Assembly: GCF_001194135.2 (NCBI RefSeq)
Contig: NC_068982.1
Span: forward strand, 176,530,597-176,563,155
Direction of reading: 5' to 3'
DNA length: 32,559 nt
Source of the DNA: Octopus bimaculoides
Lineage: Eukaryota
Positions 22,521 through 32,559 of the stretch are shown here, piece by piece. Both the position numbers and the translations under genes were made by a program. The notes beneath the pieces were generated by a model. It searched no databases, was not told the origin of the DNA, and saw only the letters and a program-made list of their open reading frames with translations. Numbering within the stretch: the stretch's first letter is position 1; each line of letters opens with the position of its first letter.

Positions 22521-24420
22521 CAGGTGTGTGTGTGTATATATATATATATNNNNNNNNNNNNNNNNNNNNNNNNNNNNNNNNNNNNNNNNNNNNNNNNNNN
22601 NNNNNNNNNNNNNNNNNNNNNNNNNNNNNNNNNNNNNNNNNNNNNNNNNNNNNNNNNNNNNNNNNNNNNNNNNNNNNNNNNNNNNNNNNNNNNNNNNNNN
22701 NNNNNNNNNNNNNNNNNNNNNNNNNNNNNNNNNNNNNNNNNNNNNNNNNNNNNNNNNNNNNNNNNNNNNNNNNNNNNNNNNNNNNNNNNNNNNNNNNNNN
22801 NNNNNNNNNNNNNNNNNNNNNNNNNNNNNNNNNNNNNNNNNNNNNNNNNNNNNNNNNNNNNNNNNNNNNNNNNNNNNNNNNNNNNNNNNNNNNNNNNNNN
22901 NNNNNNNNNNNNNNNNNNNNNNNNNNNNNNNNNNNNNNNNNNNNNNNNNNNNNNNNNNNNNNNNNNNNNNNNNNNNNNNNNNNNNNNNNNNNNNNNNNNN
23001 NNNNNNNNNNNNNNNNNNNNNNNNNNNNNNNNNNNNNNNNNNNNNNNNNNNNNNNNNNNNNNNNNNNNNNNNNNNNNNNNNNNNNNNNNNNNNNNNNNNN
23101 NNNNNNNNNNNNNNNNNNNNNNNNNNNNNNNNNNNNNNNNNNNNNNNNNNNNNNNNNNNNNNNNNNNNNNNNNNNNNNNNNNNNNNNNNNNNNNNNNNNN
23201 NNNNNNNNNNNNNNNNNNNNNNNNNNNNNNNNNNNNNNNNNNNNNNNNNNNNNNNNNNNNNNNNNNNNNNNNNNNNNNNNNNNNNNNNNNNNNNNNNNNN
23301 NNNNNNNNNNNNNNNNNNNNNNNNNNNNNNNNNNNNNNNNNNNNNNNNNNNNNNNNNNNNNNNNNNNNNNNNNNNNNNNNNNNNNNNNNNTATACATATA
23401 TATATTCAAACACATATATATATATATAGACACCCATCTTTGGTTATGTATATATGCATACGTGTGTGTGTGTGTGTGTGTGTGCATGTATGCTTGCAGG
23501 CTCTCTTTTGTGTGCAGGTTTGGTGTGTGCGTGTGTGTCTTTATGCAGCTGTCTGAAATTGGATGTATGCAACGAGCGAATGCTTTTTACAAACACTAAT
23601 CTAATACCTAAATTAATTAAACAATTTGTTGTTTGACGTACCATGTGACGTTCGCTACTAGATTCCAAGAAAATGCGTTTGCACGTTTTTATCTACATGT
23701 TCGTAACTGTTAAATACAAGAGTGTATATGTATTGTGTACTTCTATGCTTACCTCCAGAAGAAGCCATAATTCTCTGGAGTAGGGATGCTCTTCTACAAA
23801 ATTTTGATAACATCTTTGATATAAGTAACACAATGGTGCGTGTGTGTGGGGGTGTGACATGTAATTATGAATTTATTATGGTTTCAGTCTGCTTTTATTG
23901 ATTATGAGCAAAGAAGAATCTCTCGCATAATTTATCTTTGTCTTGCATGTGTGATAATACATCACATTCTTTCTGCTGGGGATAATAGACGGCGAGGAGA
24001 AAGGAGTAAGATGGAAACTGAGGGACGAAATCCATCGAAGTAATTACAACTCATTTCGACACTCATTGGAGTAGTGATACCGTTGCTCGTGTGAAGGGAA
24101 ACAATAGCACTCTCGCTGTTCTCATGACCACAACCGCTACCACCGACAGCATGTCAACAAACCCAACACTTACCACAAATGTCTTACAAGAAGCAAAATT
24201 AAAAATATGGTACGCTGTAAAGATTAATTTCATTGAACAATCCCCATAATTTTAAAAAGACATGTCACAAAGCTTTCCCGAGTGTGCTGGACCTTTAAGA
24301 AATGCTACAAGTGATATTTGGGACATACCCCACAAAACATTAAAAAAATTAAGGGTACGCGCTTGCATACTCTCGTAAATTAAGTACCTTTCTTACTTTC
24401 GGTTTAGTGTACCTTTAGGA

Positions 24421-24625
24421 TTCTTTTCTACTCTAGACACAAGGCTCAAAATTTGGGGTAAGGGGAGATGGGTCAGTTGATTAGATCGATTCCAGTATGC
24501 AACTGGTACTTAATTTATCGACCCCGAAAGATAAAAGGCAAGGTCGACCTCGGTGGAATTTGAACTCAGAACGTAAAGACAGACGAAATACCGCTAAGCA
24601 TTTTGCCCGGCGTGCTAACGTTTCT
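24421..24625 (-). mobile_element. tRNA-derived SINE family B, copy 1
   Basis: B-box GAGTTCAAATTCC (reverse complement of 24555-24567). Colinear with 25872-26086. Confidence 0.85.
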
Positions 24626-24777
24626 TATTTCTTTAGTGTCCATAAGGGGCTAAACATAGAGGGGACAAACAAGGACAGACAAAGGGATTAAGTGGACTAC
24701 ATCGACCCCAGTGCATAACTGTAACTTAATTTTTTGACCCCGAAAGGATGAAAGGCAAAGTCTACCTCGGCGGAATT
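24626..24777 (-). mobile_element. SINE family B variant with a different 3' tail, 5'-truncated
   Basis: Shares ATCGACCCCAGT..ACTTAATTT..GACCCCGAAAGGATGAAAGGCAAAGTC.ACCTCGGCGGAATT with the other B copies, but 24626-24693 is unrelated to their tails. Confidence 0.75.
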
Positions 24778-25871
24778 AGCCAACATGTTATAACGTTTCA
24801 CTTTGTGCCCGTACGGCATTGACAAAAATTACTACATGCACCTGATATTACTGCACCGCTGACACGTCTACGAAAATAAGAGAAAGTAGATGGAAAAATG
24901 TTAACAAAATAATGTACTATGCTGACATCATACAAATGCCAGCTTATTTATCATCAAGTACTTACAGCATACATATATTGATTGACGTCTACAGAATTAG
25001 ACTCATATTTCATTCACATATTCTGTTCAGACACAATAGAAAGAGAGAGTGAAGGAGTGAGAGATAGACTGACATATATATGTCATATATTCATAGTCAT
25101 ATGTACATATATACACACGTACAATCATATGTACGCACAGTCTTACAGTTCTCATTAGGATTCAAGTAATAACACAATTCATAAAACGATAAGCCAAAAA
25201 CACTTACATTGTCATTTGCATATGTACATGATTACACATAAACATACACAATACACTAAAATGATGAAACACCCAGGCACACACTCGCTCACACGAGGCC
25301 TATAGAGTCTTGTTATTCAAGGTAAATTGTGATTACACTGATTAAATTAATAAATATCAATTCTTAAGCATAGACGATATGAAGATGCTAAGTTAAAGTA
25401 CGAATATACAATTCAGTAAAAAGTGTGATACTTTTGATTTAAACAATTATAAATTCTTCACACTTCAACGCCAACGTATGTATAAAAATTCGTAATTATT
25501 AAACGATGTGCCATGAATTGGCTCCAAAATGTATTGGCAAAGAATTATTAAGGTAAAATTTCATCTACCTTTTAATTTAAAGTTAGATATATACATGTGT
25601 CTTGGTTGATGTAACAGTCTACACTTCTGAAAATAATTTCATCATGGTGTGCTTTTGTTGTGTAATACCTAATTTTATTACTGAATAATGATTTGTTTAA
25701 TATCTCAAACGTTTTTACGCTTTATCTAACAGTAAAAAGCGAAATTCTAAATGTTGATTTGCATATTTATTCTTAACACGTTCCAGAACATTGGACCGTG
25801 AATGTGCTAATTGCTGTGGTGTTCGTCACCAGAGAACAGTTTCTCACTTACGATGAATATGTGTTCATAAT

Positions 25872-26086
25872 CTTTACTACTCTAGACACAAGGCGCGAAA
25901 TTTTGGGAGAGGAGGGCAGTCGAATAGATCGACCCCAGTTCGCAACTGGTACTTAATTTCTCAACCCCGAAAGGATGAAAAGCAAAGTCGACCTCGGCGA
26001 AATTTGAACTCAGGATGTAAAGACAGGCGAAATATCACTAAATATTTCGCTCGTTGTGCTAACGTTTCTGCCAGCTCGCTCCCTTG
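25872..26086 (-). mobile_element. SINE family B, full-length copy with 15-bp target-site duplication
   Basis: Perfect direct repeat ATATGTGTTCATAAT at 25857-25871 and 26087-26101 flanks a copy colinear with 24421-24625. Confidence 0.92.
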
Positions 26087-26174
26087 ATATGTGTTCATAA
26101 TATTGCCGAAATACCGGGGTCTCAGAATCCCGCGCTGTAATGAATCGAATGTGTTAACTTCACATACACACAGG

Positions 26175-26235
<61 letters not shown>

Positions 26236-26933
26236 NNNNNNNNNNNNNNNNNNNNNNNNNNNNNNNNNNNNNNNNNNNNNNNNNNNNNNNNNNNNNNNNN
26301 NNNNNNNNNNNNNNNNNNNNNNNNNNNNNNNNNNNNNNNNNNNNNNNNNNNNNNNNNNNNNNNNNNNNNNNNNNNNNNNNNNNNNNNNNNNNNNNNNNNN
26401 NNNNNNNNNNNNNNNNNNNNNNNNNNNNNNNNNNNNNNNNNNNNNNNNNNNNNNNNNNNNNNNNNNNNNNNNNNNNNNNNNNNNNNNNNNNNNNNNNNNN
26501 NNNNNNNNNNNNNNNNNNNNNNNNNNNNNNNNNNNNNNNNNNNNNNNNNNNNNNNNNNNNNNNNNNNNNNNNNNNNNNNNNNNNNNNNNNNNNNNNNNNN
26601 NNNNNNNNNNNNNNNNNNNNNNNNNNNNNNNNNNNNNNNNNNNNNNNNNNNNNNNNNNNNNNNNNNNNNNNNNNNNNNNNNNNNNNNNNNNNNNNNNNNN
26701 NNNNNNNNNNNNNNNNNNNNNNNNNNNNNNNNNNNNNNNNNNNNNNNNNNNNNNNNNNNNNNNNNNNNNNNNNNNNNNNNNNNNNNNNNNNNNNNNNNNN
26801 NNNNNNNNNNNNNNNNNNNNNNNNNNNNNNNNNNNNNNNNNNNNNNNNNNNNNNNNNNNNNNNNNNNNNNNNNNNNNNNNNNNNNNNNNNNNNNNNNNNN
26901 NNNNNNNNNNNNNATATATATATATATATATAT

Positions 26934-29565
26934 ACGAAACACGACAGTGAGTAAAATACACAAGAAGGCTTATAATCCGAAGTCGAAAAAGTGTTTCCTT
27001 AAACTTCCCTGCTTCGACGACAGAAGAACTGCAGCAATACAACATGCGATCCACAGGGAGGAACACAACACGCAGATGGTGCACATCGGTCCATTCCTGA
27101 GGAAATTGCAGTCGGGGAATACCACAGATAGCATCATGGGGTGCACACTAACAAATTGTACTACTAACGACATCAATAGGTGGGTTAAGGCCTTTGTGAT
27201 ATACGAAGTAGTCCTGCATAGGGTGCCCCACCAGGACGTTGCACATCCCTATAAAAGAACATCTACATACGGGCGCTTCAATAACGAAACAACTAAAGAA
27301 GTGCCAAACCCAGGGTTTTAAAGTTTCCCTCAGGGCTACCCAACTCACTAAGGGCAATCTCATGATCATGGTGAACCTCCTTATGAACAAATTGTGACCA
27401 GCTATTAACAAGAGAAAGTAAGTACTAGAAGAAGACTGGTTGCATTTTGTAGCCCCAGACCAGAGATACCAGGACACAGATTGGAACTTGGTAATTAGGA
27501 AAAACCGAAGATAATTAACCTCTCAACTAAACTTCTTTCAAGCACAAAAATAGACATCCTCTCAAAGGGTTTAAAATTCACCTCAACTCCATGCAGAGCC
27601 AACCAAAATGAAGTGAAGGTCAGTATAATAGAATTGTGTAGAAAATTAAGACTCACAGAAGCATTAACCATTCACAACACTGAAGATGACTCACTATTCA
27701 AAAACAAAAGTGAACACATCCCCCACAAACGAACAAATAAAAATCTTGATGAAGTCTGCAAGCACATTGAGAACTTTCCCTACCACACCATGCAGAAACA
27801 GGCAGTTAATTCAAGCTTCAGCACTACACAATGGAAGGAACTAACAGAACATCAAAATAATAAAGATATAACGATTAAGGAAGCAGATAAAGGAAGTGCA
27901 GTGGTAGTAATGGACACATAGAAATCTAATAATCTCCATGGTTAATGACAGTCAATATTATGAAAAAATCACAAACTACAACCCACAAAAAATAATGAAA
28001 ACCCTGTCGTCACTAATTAAAACCCATTGAAAAGAACTGATAACCAAAGAAATCGACTTTTTAACAAACTTTTAATGCAAACCTAGCCTTTTCTATGGTC
28101 TACCAAAATCCACAAAAAGCCAGATTATAAATGAAACCATAAAAATCACCAAAGACGTACATACATACACCAAACCCAGGGGACCTAAAATTACGACTCA
28201 TTATAGCTGGCCCAGCCTGTGAAACACACAGACTAAGTCTATTTATGGACATCCTCCTGAAACCCTTCCTGAAACACATCAATAACCATATCAGAGATGA
28301 CTTGGATAAGTTAAATCACCGTCCCCAAAAAAGTCAAGGAAGAAGCAATTATGGTATCATTTGATGTGATTAATTCATATACCAGTATACCTCATAATTA
28401 TGGTCTAGAAGCAATTCAGTTCTTGCTGGACCAATCTCCAGAAGTAATACCAGAAAGGATGAACACAGAATTCTTAATTGAATCATTGGTTGAATTCAGC
28501 CTACGAAACAACCACTTTATATTTGACAATACGTTTTATCCGGAATTACCATGGGCACAAGGGCAGCCCCAGTCATTGCGAACTTCACAATGGGCTATCT
28601 GGAAATAATAATATACCATGAATCTTTATCTACCTTTGGAAACCCCTTTCCCAATACATAAAAGAAAATTGGAAAAGATTGCTAGACGACTGTTTCATAC
28701 TATGGAATGAAAACACACACTTCTGAAATTCAAAAGACTATGGAACAGCGTCAACCCAAACATACAGTTCACAATGGAGTATAACCAAAAGAGCTCCCTT
28801 TCTTGGAGATACTAATTTAAAAAAATGAACCTAAAAATAGAAGCGGACATATTTTACAAAACCACAGACACCAAACAATATCTATTATTTCATTCATGCC
28901 ACCCAAGACACACCAACACAAACATACCCTTCAACCTTTAAGAAGGATATGCACAATAGTGTCAGAAAAAATTCCAGAAACTTTAGACTGCAAGACCTCA
29001 AAAACATCTTAATTGACAGACACTACCCAGTTCAACACTCATCTTCCCCGAAAATACTGCCGTATATATCCACATACAACACCAAAAACAAAGAAGTATT
29101 CACCATCATCACCCACAATTTACCAATGCTACATAAGAACCCCAAATTAAAGGAAATTGTACACACACATTAGATCATTAAAAGCCACAAACAACCGAAA
29201 TCTCTAATAAAGATCCTCACAAGGGCAAAAATATTTCCTAAAATAACAGACGCAAAAGTGAAAAAATGTGGTCGACAAAATTGCGCAACAGGCCCAAGCC
29301 TTCTAGAAGGATCAGAATTCCTTTTCAAAATCAAATCTGACTTTACTTGTGCTTCAGAAAACATGATTTATGCTATAAGACGCTCGGGCTGCCAGCAAAA
29401 CTACATAGTGTCTATGGGATTATCATTCAGACGCAGATGCGCTCTGCACCGATAGCAGATTGCATTCCCAGAATACAGACTGATACTCTTTACTGAACAT
29501 ATTAAGAAATGCACAAAGCAACTGCTACGACGATTTATAATCTTTCCATTTTATAAATGTACCAT
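26934..29565 (+). mobile_element. Penelope-like retroelement (RT plus C-terminal GIY-YIG; Neptune-like), decayed and 3'-truncated
   Basis: KIINLSTKLLSSTKIDILSKGLKFTSTP, KEADKGSAVVVMD, FYGLPKIHK, IIAGPACETHRLS, SFDVINSYTSIPH, TMG..APVIANFTMGYLE, WKRLLDDCFILW (28670-28705), NIQFTMEY..LPFL, TDTKQYLLFHSCHP, Cys linker CGRQNCAT, and FTCASENMIYAI..SGCQQNYI (GIY-YIG). Many stops and frameshifts. Subclade assignment is tentative. Confidence 0.92.
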
Positions 29566-29574
29566 TGGATCACC

Positions 29575-29776
29575 AGCACAAACATATACACACGTACATA
29601 TATACATATATATATATACGACGGGCTTCTTTCAGTTTCTGTCTACCAAATCCACTCACAATGCTTTGGTCTGCCCGAGGCCATAGTAGAAAACACTTGC
29701 CCAAGGTGCCACGCAGTGGGACTGAACCCGGAACCAGGTGGTTTGTAAGCAAGCTACTCACCACACAGCCACTCCT
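29575..29776 (-). mobile_element. SINE family A, 5' half only
   Basis: 29620-29776 is colinear with 2149-2305; B-box-like GGTTCAGTCCC. The 3' half is missing. Confidence 0.88.
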
Positions 29777-29932
29777 ATATATATATTCGATTATTTTCGT
29801 CTTTGGTATGAGGGTCTTGGAGGTCTTGTTCATTTGTCCGTTCTTTTCACCTTTGTGTTTAAGTGAAAATGTGTGGTTTGAGTAATTTTGACTGCTATTA
29901 TCTAAGCAAGGATTAATGCTATTAGCATTAGT

Positions 29933-29984
<52 letters not shown>

Positions 29985-31227
29985 TGCGTATATGTATATC
30001 TATTGCTATAAAAACCAGTATATTTAGTATTTTCATTAATGTACTTGTTGACTTTCTTACTGAGAATTGACCTTCGGCATACTCACAGTATTTGTTGAGT
30101 ACTCTATTTGCTAGATTCATCACAGCTGTTCTCTAAAATGCTTCGGTGCCAGAAAAATTACTAGCATGGGGTTGACATGTTTCTTCTTTAACGGTTGTTA
30201 TTGCCACTATCCATATCATAAAATGCAGCAACTATATGTTATATCGGCAGGTTTTCCTGTCACTGATACAAAGTCACAGTATCAGTCTATTTATGCCTTA
30301 TTGGTTTAATTGATATCGTTGCTTTTTGTATATTTTACGTTATATCACTAATTGCTTACAGAGTTTGTACGAGTAATTTTATTAATTTACATTTATTACT
30401 AATGTAGATAATTAATTCTAATTATCTAAACTATACATTATATGTTTCATTGTTTCAATCGTTTGTTCCAATTTTCTCTGTCGGTGAACGATTGGATTCG
30501 TTACAGGATATAGGAAGATATACCACTTAAAAAAGCTAAAGAAAATGAAAGAATAAGAAAGTAATTGGGGTTGATAAGTCAGAATAAAAACAGATAATAA
30601 AAAAAAGAAGATGATGAGTTTGAAAGGGTGCGAAAGATGAGGAGGAAAAGTACAAGGTGAATAGAAAACGGATGGGCAACTGCGTAAGTGGTGGCAAAAG
30701 TCAAAAATGAAAAATGGAAGGAGAATCAGGAGCGGAGGGAGAAGATAGAGAATATATGAGGGAGGAATAAAGTGTCAAAATGTTACACACAGACCTAATG
30801 GCGTCTATGTTATACCCATCCAAACAAAAGACATGTGTTCATATGCGTGTGCATTTACCCTTCTTTACTTTCTTCTCTCTCTGTCTATCTCTGTCTATCT
30901 CTGTCTCTCTCTCACTCTCTCTCTCTCTCACTCTCTCTCTCTCTCTATCTTTATATATATATATTCAAATATAAATTGAAAAAATATTTACTCCTTAATC
31001 AAAACTGTATTAACTGCAGACTTGAAGTTTAACACATTGCACGTGGCTATGAGACAAGGATATGAATTCTACTCCGCAACATATATCTGCGAGTCTAAAC
31101 GAGTATAAGATAAGCGATGGCGCAGCTCGCTTGCATACACCTAGCCACTCATATTTATATGGCTGGGTATACCGACGCTGATGAAGACAAAGAGGTAAAG
31201 TTTTTCATTACTTTAAACCCGAAACAC

Positions 31228-32009
31228 GATTATGAAAAATCAATGAGGTCAATTGCAAAAAAGGTTCTGGTGTCAGAAAAAACAATCAGAAATTTTGTGC
31301 ATGAAGACATCAGCTATAGATCTTATGTGATGAGGAGAGGTCATTTCATGTCAGAAAAAAAACAAAAGAAAACCGTTTAATCAGATCCAAAACACTTTGG
31401 AACAAACTTAAATATCCATCAGATGTAATTTGATTTTTCTCAGATAAGAAAAACTGTGACCAGAAAAGTAACAAGAAATGACTGATGGCTATGTGCAGAG
31501 CCTTCTGATGTTCCAAAAGTAATGCACATGAAATTTCCTACAAGTGTCATGTTTTTGGGTGTTGTTAGCAATGAAGGACATATGATGCCTCCTCACTTTT
31601 TCCCCACAGGGACTTAGGGTGAATGCTACCGCATATATTGAGGGTCTGGATAAAATTATTAAGCTTTGCATCAACATTATTTGAGGTGGTAGGCCTTATG
31701 TCTTTCAACATGATTCTGCACTATCACACAAGGCTCAAATGACAGATGTATGGCCAACAATTTGTATGATTACATTACCCCCAACATTCGGCGTTCTAAT
31801 TCACCAAATCTCAATCCACTGGACTACTATGTATGGAGAATCGTTGAGAAAAATGTCAATGAAACCTCCATAACACCAAATATTCCTTGAAAGCCGCCAT
31901 AGTTCGACCCATGTCCGATATGAACAAGGTCTACTTAATCCAAGCTTGTAAACGATTTCGAACCCGCGTAGAGGCAGTTATTGATGCTTATAATGGTTTT
32001 ATTGAATGA
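31228..32009 (+). pseudogene. maT/rosa-type (DD37D-like) Tc1/mariner transposase relic, no TIRs found
   Basis: KSMRSIAKKVLVSEKTIRNFVHEDISYRSYVMRRG, FSDKKN, KFPTSVMFLGVVSNEGHMMPPHFF, PYVFQHDSALSHKA, SPNLNPLDYYVW, ACKRFRTRVEAVIDAYNGFIE* (stop 32007-32009). Frameshifted; N-terminus missing. Confidence 0.87.
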
Positions 32010-32069
32010 AATTATTAAATTGATAATTTAGTTTTATGTTTATGTTCTTTGTTCATTTTATAAAAATAC

Positions 32070-32245
32070 AGTCTTTTTCTGTTTGACGGTTTGACTGAGG
32101 ACTATCACGCCAGAAGGCTGCACCAGGCTCCATTCACATCTGGCAATATTTCTACAGCTAGATACCTTTCCTAACGCCAACCACTCCGAGAGTGTAGTGG
32201 GTGCTTTTTACGTGCCAACGGCACAGAAGCCAGTCTAGCTGCACT
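32070..32245 (-). repeat. Fragment of another interspersed (probably SINE) repeat
   Basis: GC-richer island with TTTCTACAGCTAGATACCTTTCCTAACGCCAACCAC and GTGCTTTTTACGTGCCA motifs, which I recall from an abundant cephalopod repeat. There is no second copy in the window to confirm it. Confidence 0.45.
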
Positions 32246-32363
32246 AGATATATATGGATATATATATATATATATATATATACAATTAAACCTTGGGAGA
32301 GGCATTATGCCGGTAATAAACACACGCACTGGTTCAGTCCTTTATTAATTTATATAGTTTTTT

Positions 32364-32404
32364 GTTAAATTATTTCATTGCACTCTTGCAATCTCTTCAG
32401 TAAC
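32364..32404 (-). ncRNA. Candidate minimal type I hammerhead ribozyme (unrelated sequence family)
   Basis: Minus strand: GTTA (stem I) CTGAAGA G ATTGCA-agag-TGCAAT (perfect 6-bp stem II) GAAA TAAT T TAAC (stem I'). AATAAA lies at 32346-32341. Stem III is very short and the triplet is AUU, so it may be inactive. Confidence 0.55.
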
Positions 32405-32559
32405 TTGTCTCTCCACTTCCATTTATTTTGAATATATGATCTGGCGTTGTTTTGGCGTTGTTTCGAAACTGTTTGGTATGAGCATGTGAGTGTGTGCAAG
32501 CTCGTATGTGTGCACGCTCATATGTGTGCACGCACTTATGTGTTCGTGCTTATATATAT

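Noticed and set aside
26934-26950. CGAAACACGAC at the Penelope 5' edge as a hammerhead half
   Set aside because: No NUH triplet with a paired stem III, and upstream is (TA)n and a gap.
31158-31230. CTGATGA...CCCGAAAC
   Set aside because: No stem II closing pair and no stem III or NUH; likely chance.

Overview
AT-rich, microsatellite-dense eukaryotic (animal) DNA with 8 assembly gaps. The SINE families and simple-repeat load resemble an octopus/coleoid cephalopod genome; this is recall-based inference, not a database result. No intact host gene can be supported, and most listed ORFs are artefacts of N-runs and (TA)/(CA) repeats. The window holds many decayed transposons: a near-complete mariner with TIRs (9508-10774), a maT-like transposase relic (31228-32009), a long Penelope-like element with RT and GIY-YIG (~26934-29565), three different non-LTR fragments (HERO-like RLE end, CR1/Jockey-group RT, R4/Dong-like RT), two tRNA-derived SINE families in six copies, a Tigger/pogo-type MITE and a 90-bp foldback. 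The most interesting signal is RNA-level. There is a minimal type I hammerhead ribozyme at 22296-22346 (+) inside a repeat whose diverged second copy (1-180) retains the ribozyme's 3' half at the homologous position and similar hairpins, and an unrelated candidate hammerhead at 32364-32404 (-). These look like Penelope pseudo-LTR or retrozyme-type elements.
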